Positions 1 to 12,703 of a DNA stretch of 64,000 nucleotides are shown piece after piece. Numbering within the stretch: the first letter of the stretch is position 1; each line of letters begins with the position of its first letter. Under the pieces are notes generated by a model that saw only the letters and a program-made list of their open reading frames with translations, made no database searches and was not told the origin of the DNA. The translations under genes were made by a program, and so were the position numbers. This stretch comes from Octopus sinensis (taxonomy: Eukaryota): assembly GCF_006345805.1 (NCBI RefSeq), contig NC_043004.1:2728001-2792000 (forward strand). Reading direction: 5' to 3'.

Positions 1-144
1 GACACACACTAATCTTTTATAAATATTTTGTAAATATTCTTCATGGGTACGTATACACATAAATACTCTGACATAGATACACATCTACATGCATCCTTGC
101 ATGCATACATACATGCGTAAGTAGACACATAGGTCCAGCCTTCG

Positions 145-515
145 CCATGATTGATCGCTAGGCACTAAACCTTTCTTTTATTTTCTCTCTCTCTTTATTT
201 CTCTGTTCCTTTCTGTCAAGGAGCGTAGGCTCGAATAGTAAAAGTTAATTTTTCTAAATGGTATAATTTAATTTTTTTCATTATTGAATTGATAAAAGGT
301 GGTTTGTTTCGAATTTATATATATATATATTGATCCCTAGCCACTAAACCTTTTTTTCTTATTTTCTCTCCCCGTTTATTTTTGTGTTCCTTTCTGTCGA
401 AGAGCTTAAGCTCGAAACGTTAAAGAAATTCTCACTTCTCGAGCGTTAAACTAATACATCTGTTTGTTGTTTACACACCCGTCTTCGGCTTTTTTTCTTC
501 ATAAATTCCAACTAG
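145..515 (+). mobile_element. Two tandem copies (about 145-250 and 330-515) of a short Penelope-pLTR-like repeat containing a hammerhead-like motif
   Basis: Both copies read GATCxCTAGxCACTAAACC...CCTTTCTGTC..GAGC....GCTCGAA. Homologous copies occur at about 13740-13960 and 21100-21345. The link to Penelope pLTRs is inferred from the CTG..GA/stem/GAAAC layout. Confidence 0.55.
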
Positions 516-527
516 GTAAATACGTAC

Positions 528-649
528 GTACATACATACATACATACATATATACATACATACACACACACACACACACATACATACACACACACACACA
601 CACATACATACATACATACATACATACATACATACATACATACATACAA
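528..649. repeat. (TACA)n/(CA)n compound microsatellite
   Basis: Direct reading; accounts for ORF 464..703. Confidence 0.95.
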
Positions 650-822
650 TTTGGCACAGATAAATGTTCAGCGGATTATTTTTCTGGAATGAGTTCCAAA
701 TAATAACACATTAACGTCTGTGACAACTTACTTGAGTACAAAAATTTTCCCAATTATCACATGGCAATTAAAAGCATCGCAAGGAAGTGACACAAAAATG
801 AGGAGGAAGATGCTGACAATGA

Positions 823-875
<53 letters not shown>

Positions 876-1403
876 ATAGCGTAACCTATTGATGATTTAG
901 GTGAAGCAAATATTGGCGAATTGCACCCAGTAGCAGCAGATATCAGTAGCGTATCAATAGAAAGTGGTCGTTCTCTCATGCTGTAATTCCAATCGAGTCT
1001 AAAAGAAGAAACAGCCTCGAGCATGAAATGAAGAGAATAAAAATAGAATGTTGCTCGATTATTGTTATTCTGAGCAGCAAGTAAAACAAACGTATAAAAG
1101 GAGGAATCTGACAACTGTTCGGCTGACGGTACACTTGTCAATCACTTTCCTACATAACATAGGAGACATCTCTCTAATAATCATCGCAAGTTATTTGTAT
1201 AAGTAAAGCGGAAAGGAAGTCAAATCTAATCTAGCACAAAGTATTGAACGAAACAAATTTTCGCAAAAACAAGCGAATGAGAGAGAGCTTTAATATTCAT
1301 CGTTGTTTATTTTCGCGCCCTATCAAGTCAGAATAAATAAATATAAATGTGTAACGGGAGTGGAAAATTGGAGAGAAGCATAAACAGAAGAGAATGTCTT
1401 CCT

Positions 1404-1700
1404 ATGCGTAGGCGTGGCTGTGTGGTAAGAAATGTGCTCTCCGACCACAAGGTTTTGGGTTCGGTCCCACTGCGTGGCACTTTCGGTAAGTGTTTTCTAA
1501 TATCGCCTCGGGCGTTCCAAAGCCTTCTGAATGGATTTGGTAGCTGAAAACTGAAAGAAGCCCGTCGTATACATGTATATATATATGTGTGCATGTGTGC
1601 GCACGCGCGTCTGTGTGTCTACTGTATCGGTGTGATTAAGTCCCTGCTATCTAGCGGTTCGGCAACAGACACCGATAGAATAAGAACTAGACTATAAAAA
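1404..1700 (+). mobile_element. SINE family A (tRNA head, CORE-like domain, internal microsatellite), degenerate copy
   Basis: Head GTGGCTGTGTGGTAAG...GGTTCGGTCCCAC, CORE-like GGCAC(C)TT(G)GG(C)AAGTG, then GAAACTGAAAGAAGCCCGTCG. Matches many other copies in the window. Confidence 0.85.
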
Positions 1701-4293
1701 AACATTTCAGACCGTGTGCCTACTGTAGAAAGGAATATACTTTCCTCTCTTATTCAAAATATAGATGAGCTTATAATTAATCTGGTTGTAATTGAACTGG
1801 TTATAATTATTATAGTAAATGCTATTTGAACATTATAATTAATCTTGCTAACAACACAGAACAATGACTAAACCGAATATCTTGAAATATTTCGTTATTT
1901 CAATAGTTTCTATCGAAATCTCTACAAGATCATCATCATCTTACTGAAAAAAAAAAAGAACAGTTGAAATTGTTTTGTTTTTTTTTGTGGTCGAGTCCTG
2001 AGCTATACTGTTGGAGTTATCGGTGGAACCATAGGTTCATGCTCGGAAGACTTCCACTTCACTTACATGTGTCTAGCGCAGTGAGTCATACACCCTCATT
2101 TCCCCCTCAGGCTATACAAACCAAGACACGCTTTGAAACGATGACTGGCTTGCCGTTAATTGCTCTGGTTAATTCTTTCTAAACTACTTTTGGGAAGCTA
2201 AACCGAACCATTTCAGAGTTAGCAGCCAAGGGCTGAACGGTCTTCAAGACAGTGCCAGGAACAGAGTACGAGCTATTGATTGTCTCAGCGGGTTGTCCTG
2301 TGGCACTTCCATTCCGTATATCACATCGGTTAGTTATTTTAATTGAAGTTTGGACTCATTGGTAAAGAAAAAAAAATTGTGAGGAGAGGCGACTGGATTA
2401 TGCAGAGGATAGATGTCATGAGAAGGGTAACCTGCTTCAATCAAAAACAATATATCAAAGACAATCATTTTCTAATCAGTGAAAGTTGTTATCCTTCAAA
2501 TTGAGTGTAACTTTGGAAGCGTGCGTTTGCTACATTGGGAAATCTGGAAGTACGGCAGAAAATAGAGGAATTGGAATTTTCTAAGTTTTGTCAAATATCT
2601 TGGTGCTTATACAAAATAATGAAATGATACCAATTTTCGAAAGACAAATATTTGTTACTCAATCATTCACTGAGTCTTCTCTTCCACCTATGTGTGTAAG
2701 TATACATATGTGTGTGTGTGCATATACATGTGTGTGTGTGTGTGTTAGCAAAAGCAGACGAATGGATGATCTGCTAATGCTTCAGTAGTTTCGAATCTTT
2801 ACTGTAACCTAAACATGGTACAGCTATGTATGCAATTTGTACAACATCCCTAAATCCATAAGATTACGTAGTACTTTGCGCAAATCTAAGCCTGATGAGT
2901 TGGGAGTTGCACAGCGTATTACATGATATCAAGGATGTTGGGCATACTACACACCTGATTATACCATACATACATCACAAAAAATATTCTCAATGAAACA
3001 AACGCAATTGTAACCGTACCACATTATCCATTCGTTTGATTTTATTATGATTTTACGCCACTCTTAAGATTCCATTCATTCTTTGGATACAACTAGAGTT
3101 GCAGCTGAGGAATACCATACAACATTGAACTCCCCTTCATCGATATATTCCGTGCTATCATAATAGATTACTTACTGAACTGTCTGATTTGTGTTATTCT
3201 GTCTAGCTTCAATTGTGGCGTGCTTCACTCTGATACGCCTCGATCCTTAATGGATCTCCTTCAATCAAAATTATATATGCATACATATATATATATATAT
3301 ATATCTATATATATATATATATTATATATATATATATATATATATCTATATATATATATATAATATATATATATATATATACATGCATATATAATCCTGA
3401 AGATATATGCAATACATACATATATATTTAATATATATAATGTATATATAATTCATAAAGTATGCATAATGTATGCGTACCTTATCAATGCGTAAACACC
3501 AATACAATACATAAAAATATGGAGTACATAAAAATACTAACAATATTTTTAAAATCAAACAACATAAAACAGCAAACTAAACAGAAATGGCAGCGAATTC
3601 CTCTTGAATCAAAACCTACCGTCTCTGAATGAAAAGAACTGAATATAAGATAATGTATTCTATTTTCTGAAAAGAGAGGTCATGTCTAGATTTCGTTTGA
3701 TCATAGTTCTGCTTCATCAGGATTGCGCCTCCGGTTAAATAACAACGCCACTTCAAATGAAGATGATAGGAGCGACATTGCTACAACAACAGCAACAACA
3801 ACTGCAATAACTGTATGATAAGCACCAAAGTAAAGTCACAGCAAATGTTACATTGAACAATATCAAAAGCATTAACAACAACAACAACAGCAACAACAAC
3901 AACAATAACAAATACTATAATACTTCATACATATTACAACTCAACGAAATAATGATCACGTGATCGGCGACGATACAGAACATAATGCATCCTTTTAAAT
4001 AAAATTTTCTTTACCTTTTTCCAACAATATAGTTTATGAGTCAATGAGAGAAACACTATGTGGTTGGTCCACCCTGTAGATATAGCACCCAAGTGGCCCT
4101 CACACCATATCCTCCAACAGAATCTGTCATTGGACTATATATTTTTTGATAGACCTCATATTTTAACCGTTCTACTTCGTGCAGCCGTTGTCCATTTACA
4201 TTCGTCATCTTTAAATAACAAGATATTACTAGACCTTTACTCAACTCTCTACTATGCCCCTCGTCCATGACAGAGAAGCGTTTTTTCGATATT

Positions 4294-4688
4294 CTTTTCA
4301 ACTCTAGGCACAAGGCCTGAAATGCTTGGGAAGGGGACCAGTCGATTAGATGGACCTCAGTACGCAACTGCTACTTAATTTATCAACCTCAAAAAGATGA
4401 AAGGCAAAGTCGACCTCGGCGGAATATGAACTCAGAACGTAAAAACTGATGAAATACCTATTTCTTTACTACCCACAAGGGGATAAACACAGAGAGGAGA
4501 AACAAGGACAGACAAACGGATTAAGTCGATTATATCGACCCCAGTATGTAACTGGTACTTATATAATCGATCCCGGAAGGATGAAAGGCAAAGTCGACCT
4601 CGGCGGAATTTGAACTCACAACGTAGCAGCAGACAAAATACCGCTAAGCATTTCGCTTGGCGTGCTAACGATTCTGCCAGCTCGCCGC
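4294..4688 (-). mobile_element. SINE family B dimer (GCCTTTCATCCTT-CGGGGTCGAT central domain, possibly Meta-domain type)
   Basis: Two head-to-tail units, flanked by a 12-bp direct repeat TTTTTCGATATT (4282-4293 and 4689-4700). Confidence 0.9.
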
Positions 4689-5819
4689 TTTTTCGATATT
4701 TCCGCTTAAAGTAGACTTTTGGAATAATATTTTTTTCCCATTGGTTCTTTACATACGGCCATCTAATGATTCCCATCTTGTCAAACTGGTCTCTTCAACA
4801 AGACTAAATATAGATTACTGTGCATGAAAACCAAAATATCAACATTGCCGTGTGTTTGTCTTAGGCACATCCATGAAAAGTGTTCCAAACGTGAATAACG
4901 CACCTTTAAAAAAGTTTCAGTCGTAACAATGCAACCTTTTCGAAAGCTCTTTAAGAAGACTGGATGATCACAGTTGGAACATTTTAAAACGATGCTGGAA
5001 TGTCACACCTGGGAAATTATTGAAATATGGGCCGAAGACATACACGGACATATTTCATATCTATAATTACCATTCATATTTAATCACACGAAAAGAGACC
5101 AGGAAATGATGGCAGACTATATACGGTCACGTGATGAAGTAACATTTGAATCGTCTGCCGAATCGAAAGAGCGCCGGGACAGATGAAGTCCTAAAAGCAC
5201 ATAATTTCAATTAGTGACGTGTTTGGCATGGTCAGAATATCTTTCTTCATGGGTTTCGTTGATCAGTGCTGATCTCGAAACAACGGCAACTATATTTTTA
5301 TGAAACGCCGTCAGAGTTTCCTTTGTAAAAATTGTAAAAACAAATCTATAGTGAAGTTCATTAGTTTGATTTCAGTTCATAATCAGAAAGGAAGAACTTG
5401 ACGTTTCAGGATGGAGGCTTCAGTTGAGAGAAAACAATTCTTTTAATTTTTTTATTCATTTGAAAAAAAAGTTCATTTCTCTAAAGCTTCATTGTATAAT
5501 TTTTACCGACACAGACTAGCATCAGGTCAGAAGATTCTGTGATTTTTTACGAAGTCTACAACTGATTTTTCACAATTTCTTTCAATTTCTTCGAACGATG
5601 CTGACTAGACTGACATCACTTTATTAACTGTGACGAATCTTCCCCTCATTGAATCTTCTTCTGTCCTTCAACGAAATTGTCTTTGGCTCTGAAGACACAG
5701 TAGACAAATTCTATAAAACACATCACACCACATTGGTGATTTAAATCAACCTCTGATTCGATTTTCAAGAAGTTCTTTGCTTTCTGTGTGTGTGTGTTTA
5801 TGTATTTCGAATTCTCCTC

Positions 5820-5831
5820 TTTCTCTTCCTC

Positions 5832-5864
<33 letters not shown>

Positions 5865-6198
5865 TTCTGTGAGTGCGTGTATATGAGTATAAGTGATTCT
5901 ATATGCATGTGAGCTATTGTTATTGTGGTTTTCTTGTTGTTATCGTTGTTGTTATGTTGTTGTTTTTTTTATTATTTTTAAAAGTAGTTCATCGTACGGT
6001 AAATTGAATCAACAGAAACTGCAGATAGCGCCACCCTCTTCACACACATTTGTGTTTATATATTTCTATATGTTCTTTAAGAAGAAGAAAAAAAAAATTA
6101 TTTCTTTAGAGTGTAGTTGCAGCAGAGAATTGATGCTGGTCGTAACGATAACGATGAGAGGTAGCTGTGATGATGGTGGTGGATCCAGTAGTAGTAGC

Positions 6199-6253
<55 letters not shown>

Positions 6254-7060
6254 TAGGAGGGGGTGATGGTGATGGTGGTGGTGGCAGTGGTGGTGGTGGT
6301 GGTGGTGGTGGTGTGGTGGTGGTGGTGATGCTGATAATGATGTCGGCGCGTTGCGAGAGTAACGTTTATGTACTTCTTTCTTTCGGCACCATTGAAATTC
6401 AAGTCACGTAGCAGTTTCATAGTTATGTATTAACATTCGAGGCACGTATTAATATCGCAGTGACCACCATCCACCGATGCAACATTTATTATTATTATTA
6501 TTATTATTGTTATCATCATCTTTATTATCATCATTATTATTATTATATTATTATTATTTTATTATTATTATTATTATTATTATTACTACTACTACTGTTA
6601 TTATTATTATTATTTTCTCTTTACCCCTCTAAGTGTCTCTCCTTCTATACTTCTATATATATATATATATATATATATGTTTCTCTCCATCTCTTTTAGT
6701 GCATGTCTATCAGCCTCTTTCTTTCAATTTCTCTCACTCACTCACTCCCTCTCTCCCTCCCTCTCTCCCTCTCTCTCTCCCTATCTCTCTCTCCATTCAC
6801 TCACTTTCTCTGATTCATATACTTTGGAGTAAAAACCGACCCAAAGATGGATGTTCCAAATCGCTATTCTCTGCCACTGACTCTTCTCTCCCAGCCCCTC
6901 CCTCTCTCTCTCTCTCTCTCTCTTTCTTTCTCTCTCTCTTTCTACCCATGACTCTCTCTCCCTGTCTGTCTCTGTGTCTGTCTGTCTACCTGTCTGTCTG
7001 TTTGACTGTGTGTGTCTCTCTCTCGCTCTCAGTTTCTCTCTCCCTCTATTTCCCCCCCCT

Positions 7061-7105
<45 letters not shown>

Positions 7106-7237
7106 CCTATCTCCCTCTCTCGCTTTCTCATGCACATGAGCCTTGTCTTCTGTTTGTACTGTATTCTAGCCTGTCTGCTCCCATGCTAGGCACTTAAGGC
7201 AAGGAATTTCCAAGACAGCAGGCAGCAACAAACAAAC

Positions 7238-7287
<50 letters not shown>

Positions 7288-7390
7288 CACAAACACACAC
7301 GCAAACACACACACACACACACACAAACACACACAAACACACACACACACACACACACGCAGGCACGCACGCGCATACACACAAACAAAC
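5820..7390. repeat. Cluster of simple repeats: (CT)n, (AGT)n, (GGT)n, (ATT)n, (TA)n, (CTAT)n, (CA)n
   Basis: Direct reading; explains the poly-S/G/T/L/Y and CV-repeat ORFs. Confidence 0.95.
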
Positions 7391-7876
7391 AACACTCCAC
7401 TAACATCAAGGGGATTAGAAACTCTATTCCTAGTCGTCACAGCCTTCTCTCAACCCGAACCCCTGTCCCACAGAACATCAATTCTTCCTAATTGCCTTCA
7501 TACCTTTTTCCTCTCCTTTTCTTTGGGATATTTTTGTTTTTGAGAGGTTTTAATTTTATGCTTGTTTTTGTTTTAATTTCCCAGTTTTTTTATTTATTTA
7601 TCTATATTTTTTGTACTCTCTGCCTTGTCTTAGATTTTATAAGCTACTACGAATTTTTTGTTTTCTTTGTTCCTGGTGTTGTTGTTGTTGTTGTTAGTTG
7701 CAGGAGTTGTTGTTGTTGTTGTTGATCTGGCTAAATGCATTTATTTTTTGGGCCCCATCCCCTCTCTCTATATTCATCTCCAGCTCTACTTAATTCCAGG
7801 TCTTCTTCTAAACTTACTACTTCTACTACTACAACTACAGATCCTACTGCTACAAGTACTGCTGCAAAATAATAAA

Positions 7877-8300
7877 CCTTTCTTTTATAGGCACAAGGCC
7901 TGAAATACTAGGGAGGGGCATAACAGATTACATCAACCGAAGTACTTATTTTTATCGGCCCAGAAAGGATGAAAGGCAAAGTTAACCTCAGCGGTATTTG
8001 AACTCAGAATCTAATTCGGTACTCTAACGATTCTGCCAGATCGCCACCTTAAAACTACAACTACGAACAACGACAATAAGAAGAATAAGCCTTTCTATAA
8101 TAGGCACAAGTCTTAATTTTATGGGGAAAGTTTAAGTGGATTACATCGACCTCAGTGCGTGACTGGTACGTAATCTATCGACCCCGAAAGAATGGAAGGC
8201 AATGTCGACGTCGACGGAATTTGAACTCAGATCGTGAAGACTGACGAAATACTTCTAAGCATTTCGCCTAACGTGCTAACGATTCTGCCAGCATACCTCC

Positions 8301-8352
<52 letters not shown>

Positions 8353-8366
8353 TAATAATAATAATG

Positions 8367-8401
<35 letters not shown>

Positions 8402-8592
8402 CTCATCCTGCAAGCTGCGCTTGTGCGTAACTGGTACTTATTTAATCGACCCCGAAAGGATGAAAGGCAAAGCCGACCACCTCGGCGGAATTTGAACTCA
8501 GAACGTAACGGCAGACGAAATACCGCTATGCATTTCGCCCGACGTGCTAACGTTTCTGCCAGCTCGCCGCCTTAGCGAAAAGAAATAATAAT

Positions 8593-8657
<65 letters not shown>

Positions 8658-8695
8658 TAAAAATAATAATAGTAATAATAATAATGATAATAATA

Positions 8696-8732
<37 letters not shown>

Positions 8733-9120
8733 TACAGTTTTTTTAAAATGCAGCAAAAAAAAAAGGCCCGAAATTTTAAGGGTCGAAATTAATAGACTGC
8801 ATCAATTACAACAATGGAAAGATGAATGATAGACTCCGATGGAATCTGAACCCAGAATCTAAAGAGCCAAAACTAATCCTGCAGCACTGTAATGGTTCTG
8901 CCAGCTCCCTCCCTGTTAGTAATAATGCTTTCTATTACACGCACAAGGCCAGAATTTTGGGGGAAGAGTTAAGTGAATTAAATCGACCCAGTGTGCAGCT
9001 AGTACTTCTTTCGTTCGTCCGAAAGGAAAATCGATCTTGGTTTCTTTTTTTTAAACTCAGAATGTAAAGACGGACGAAATGTTGCTCAGCATTTTGTCCG
9101 ACGTGTCAACGATTCTGCTA
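7877..9120 (-). mobile_element. Cluster of five same-orientation family B SINE copies (about 7877-8048, 8091-8300, 8423-8571, 8765-8912, 8925-9120)
   Basis: Most carry GAAAGG(A)TGAAAGGCAAAGTCGAC...TTTGAACTCAGAA...TTCTGCCAG; the 8765-8912 copy is strongly degenerate. Confidence 0.85.
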
Positions 9121-9128
9121 ATAATAAT

Positions 9129-9169
<41 letters not shown>

Positions 9170-9183
9170 TAATAATAATAATA
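8302..9183. repeat. (AAT)n tracts at 8302-8400, 8585-8732 and 9119-9183
   Basis: Direct reading. Confidence 0.95.
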
Positions 9184-10785
9184 TCGGTAGACAATCACAG
9201 GCCGATATCCTGTTTGCCACTTATGTGGAAGTTATTGACTGGAATACTCGCAGAGTCAATGTACGAACGTCTGGAAAAAAAAATGGAGTCCTGCCACATG
9301 AGCAGAAGGGTTGCAAGCGTAAGTGCAGATGTACCAAGGATGAACTCCTGATAGACAAAACTGTACTTACAGACTGCAAGAGGAGGAAAAGTCACTTAGC
9401 CATGTTATGGATCGACTATTGTAAGGCATACGATATGATCCCAAACTCTTGGATTATGGAGTGTATGAACTTATTTAGTATTGCATCGAATGTTGAGCGA
9501 TTGCTTGGAAAACGTATGGCGAATTTGAGGACGGACCTGACAGCATACGAAAGAAGTTTAAGGGACAGTAGAAATTAGGAGGGGCATCTTCCAAGGGGAC
9601 TTCCTGTACCCACTGATATTTTTACTGTGCTTGATACCACTAACACTGATTCTGAGGAAAGCTAAAGCTGGGTACGTATTTAAAAGCTTCCAACAAAATG
9701 TCAATCATTTGTTATTCATGGATGACCTCAAACTTTATGGTAAAGATGAAGCCCAAGTCAGTCCCTTCGTTGATACGCTGTATACTTTCAGTGCTGATAT
9801 CAGAATGTAGTTCGGACTGAGAAAGTATGGTGTGTTAGTCTTGATGAGAGGCAAAATCAAATGTATGGACGGGCTAACGATACCGACGGGGGAGGTTATG
9901 AAGCAGAGACGGGCTATAAGTATTTGGGGATACTGGAAATGGATAAATTGTTGGAGAAAGAAATGAGAGAAAACTTTAAGGTGGAGAACTTGCGCAGACT
10001 GAGACTGATCCTTAAGTTGAAATTAAATGGACGGAATAAGATCGAATCTATCAACACCTGAGCGATTTCACTACTTAGATATGGAGCATGGACAGTAGAC
10101 GAACTAAACAGCTTAGACAGAAAGACAAGGAAGTTGCTAACTAGATATAGGTCACTCTACCCAAAAAGTGACACAGACAGACTATATGTATGAAGAAAAA
10201 GATGGAAGAGGACTTATTGGATGCGAACACAGCATTAGAGCAGAAGAAAACAACATAGCATGGTATGTAAAAAAATGCCACAGAACCGCTAATATTAGAA
10301 GTAGGAAGGTCAGGCTTGTGTAGGATGAAAGATTGCAAAGATAAAGCACTATACAAGAAATAAAAATGAATAAAACTGAAAATAGGTGGGTAAAGAAAAG
10401 AATGCATGATCAATTTCAAAGGGATGTTGAAGATAAGACAGACAGAGAAAAAAGATGGCTGTGGATGACTAAATGTGATTTAAAACCGGAAATGAAGGCT
10501 CTAATCTGTGCTCCCCAAGAGCAAGCACTAAGAACAAACTACATAAAATACAGAATGGACAACACAGCAGAAAGTGATAAGTGCAGAATTTGTGGACAAA
10601 ATGGTGAAATCATATGGCATATTACCAGCCAATGTACTCCACTAACCCAGATGGAATATAAGAGATGCCACAACAATATAGCTAGGCTTGTCCATTGGAC
10701 ACTCTGCAACAAGTATGGACTTGACAAAGCAAAAAATTGGTACGACAGCAAACCCGAAGGCATCGTCGAAAATAGAAATGCAATT
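9184..10785 (+). mobile_element. 5'-truncated, frameshifted R4/Dong-like non-LTR retrotransposon (RT plus CCHC knuckle)
   Basis: Translated pieces: [99 protein letters not shown]...YKRCHNNIARLVHW. These are RT domain motifs plus the CCHC and RH(D) signature of restriction-like-endonuclease LINEs. Stops and frameshifts are present. Confidence 0.88.
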
Positions 10786-10789
10786 ATTT

Positions 10790-10885
10790 ACTTCTTTTCT
10801 TCTTCTTCTTCTTCTTCTTCTTCTTCTTCTTCTTCTTCTTCTTCTTCTTCTTCTTCTCCTTCTTCTTCTTCTTTTTCTTCTTCTT

Positions 10886-10916
<31 letters not shown>

Positions 10917-10990
10917 TTCTTCTTTTTCTTCTTCTTCTTCTTCTTCTTCTTCTTCTTCTTCTTCTTCTTCTTCTTCTTCTTCTTCTTCGT
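10790..10990. repeat. (TTC)n microsatellite
   Basis: Direct reading; explains the poly-S/R/L ORF tails. Confidence 0.97.
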
Positions 10991-11010
10991 TTCCTTTCTC
11001 TTCTTTTGTC

Positions 11011-11760
11011 AACACACGAAAGTAGAGGAGGTTGAAAAGCTGCCCTTCCAAATCTCCGAGCAATCCTCAAGAAAGAGCTCCTGATAGGGACTAGAGCTTG
11101 GAACCATAGGAGACGAAAGAAGGGAGAAGAAAAGACAGCTACCTTCCTGGCATACCATAGCTGATTTATGAAGCAGTTTCTCGAAGAAAACAGAACCGGA
11201 CAATTGGTTTATTCTAAAGATAGCCTTTATGAACATCTCCCAAGTGATAGTCAGACCACTCTCTGGGCTTCTGCAATGAGCTTATAAAATCAGTGAAATT
11301 CAGTTGAAAGAAATGAAAGTTGTAGTAAGAAAGGTAATCTCAAGTTCGGTACCAGATCCATGAAGAGTAGTATAGAAAGTCTACGAGAATTATCCAAAGC
11401 CACAAACTACCCCATCGGCATTGGAAGGCCCTGGCGATAGTTTGGAGGTCAACATGGAAATATGCTAAAGGGACGTGCGCATCCAAAGAGGAGAAGGCTG
11501 AGAATAGCGACCGATTTCACATCGAGCTTTTCTTAAGAGAAAAGAGACTCTCTGACTTTCTGCTGGGCAATATTTACTTCGACGCGTCAGGACAGATTGG
11601 AGGCACAGCAGAAGCCCCTAGTCACCTCGAACACAGAGGCTTGTAGATCCAGGTCATCATGGAGGAATGACAAAGAAAGAAGAGGATCTAGCTGTGCTCG
11701 GGCCTAACCGAGCCATCGACAATGGTTCAATTCCACAAAGGCTGCGAGGAAGAGAGAGGA
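11011..11760 (+). mobile_element. Decayed HERO/NeSL-like (R2 group) non-LTR retrotransposon RT fragment
   Basis: Pieces across three frames: FMKQFLEENRTGQLVYSKDSLYEHL; KEMKVVVRKVISSSVP..KVYENYPK; HWKALAIVWR..WKYAKG..SKEEKAENSDRF; KRLSDFLLGNIYFDASGQIGG..SHLEHRG; DLAVL..NGSIPQRL. These resemble HERO-type RT domains 0-3 from recall, not from a database search. Confidence 0.72.
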
Positions 11761-11802
11761 AGAACACAGAAAGGGATACCTATATATATAAATGAGTGTA
11801 TG

Positions 11803-11841
<39 letters not shown>

Positions 11842-12260
11842 TATATATATATATCTTATATATACATATATATATGTATATATATATATACATAAATACA
11901 TACACATATATGATATAAACGCAGAAATACATACATGCAAACATATATATATACATAATTAGTACATCCTTAAAGTACGTACTAATACATATTTAAACGT
12001 ATGTGTATACACATGTGTGTGTGTGTGCGCGCACGTGCGTGTGTATCTATGTGTGCGTTTGTACGTGCGTGTGTATTATGTGTGTGTATGTGTGTGTGTG
12101 TTTGTGTGTGTGTGTGTCTTTAACTTGGTATTCCGCCGTCAGTGGTGCCGAAGACTTGGAAAGGTAAATACAGAATAAAAGGATGTACATTTTTGTTTCT
12201 TTCTCTGACCATGTTTGACACTACAGCAGTAGCAGTAGCAGTAGCATTAGTAGTAGTAGC

Positions 12261-12340
<80 letters not shown>

Positions 12341-12601
12341 CCCTTACCCCTGCTGCTTTTAACTGCACTTCAAGGACGTCTAGCCAAGCAAAGTATTTCT
12401 ACCTGTGAACTCCCGCAGATGTCTATCTTGAAGCGGTCCTTTATCAAAGAGTGAAAAGAGAGATGAATCTTAAATGTCAGAGCTGTTGGTTTTTCAAAGC
12501 CAACTCCTAAACTGCATTCACCTCATGAGGTTGATGAAGCTGATGAAGATACAACAAGCTTTGCAATTCTCTTTCAATTCTGTTTGCTCTTATAATTTCA
12601 G

Positions 12602-12703
12602 ACAATGTATTCAAAACCCTCCGCTTCTTCAGCTTACACAACTCCGCTGACAGACAAGGACCCTCCAACGCATTCTACCATTATAACGCAATTAAACGTC
12701 CTG
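12602..12703 (+). CDS. Candidate 102-nt internal exon of an unidentified host gene
   Basis: Pyrimidine-rich acceptor TTCTCTTTCAATTCTGTTTGCTCTTATAATTTCAG|A, donor CTG|GTATGT, length divisible by 3. Open in two frames: xNVFKTLRFFSLHNSADRQGPSNAFYHYNAIKRP (phase 1) or TMYSKPSASSAYTTPLTDKDPPTHSTIITQLNVL (phase 0). No family recognised. Confidence 0.4.

Noticed and set aside
3690-3725. CTGATGA...GAAA on the minus strand
   Set aside because: No complementary stem II or stem I, so it is probably a chance hammerhead-core match.
4056-4776. ORFs of 103 and 114 aa with normal-looking composition
   Set aside because: They overlap the family B SINE dimer. Similar ORFs at 1328, 8234, 17714, 20505, 29817, 45558 and 55117 are also SINE translations.
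5480-5760. Possible mariner remnant on the minus strand (also about 42450-42860)
   Set aside because: Only vague residue similarity, with no convincing motif or paired TIR.
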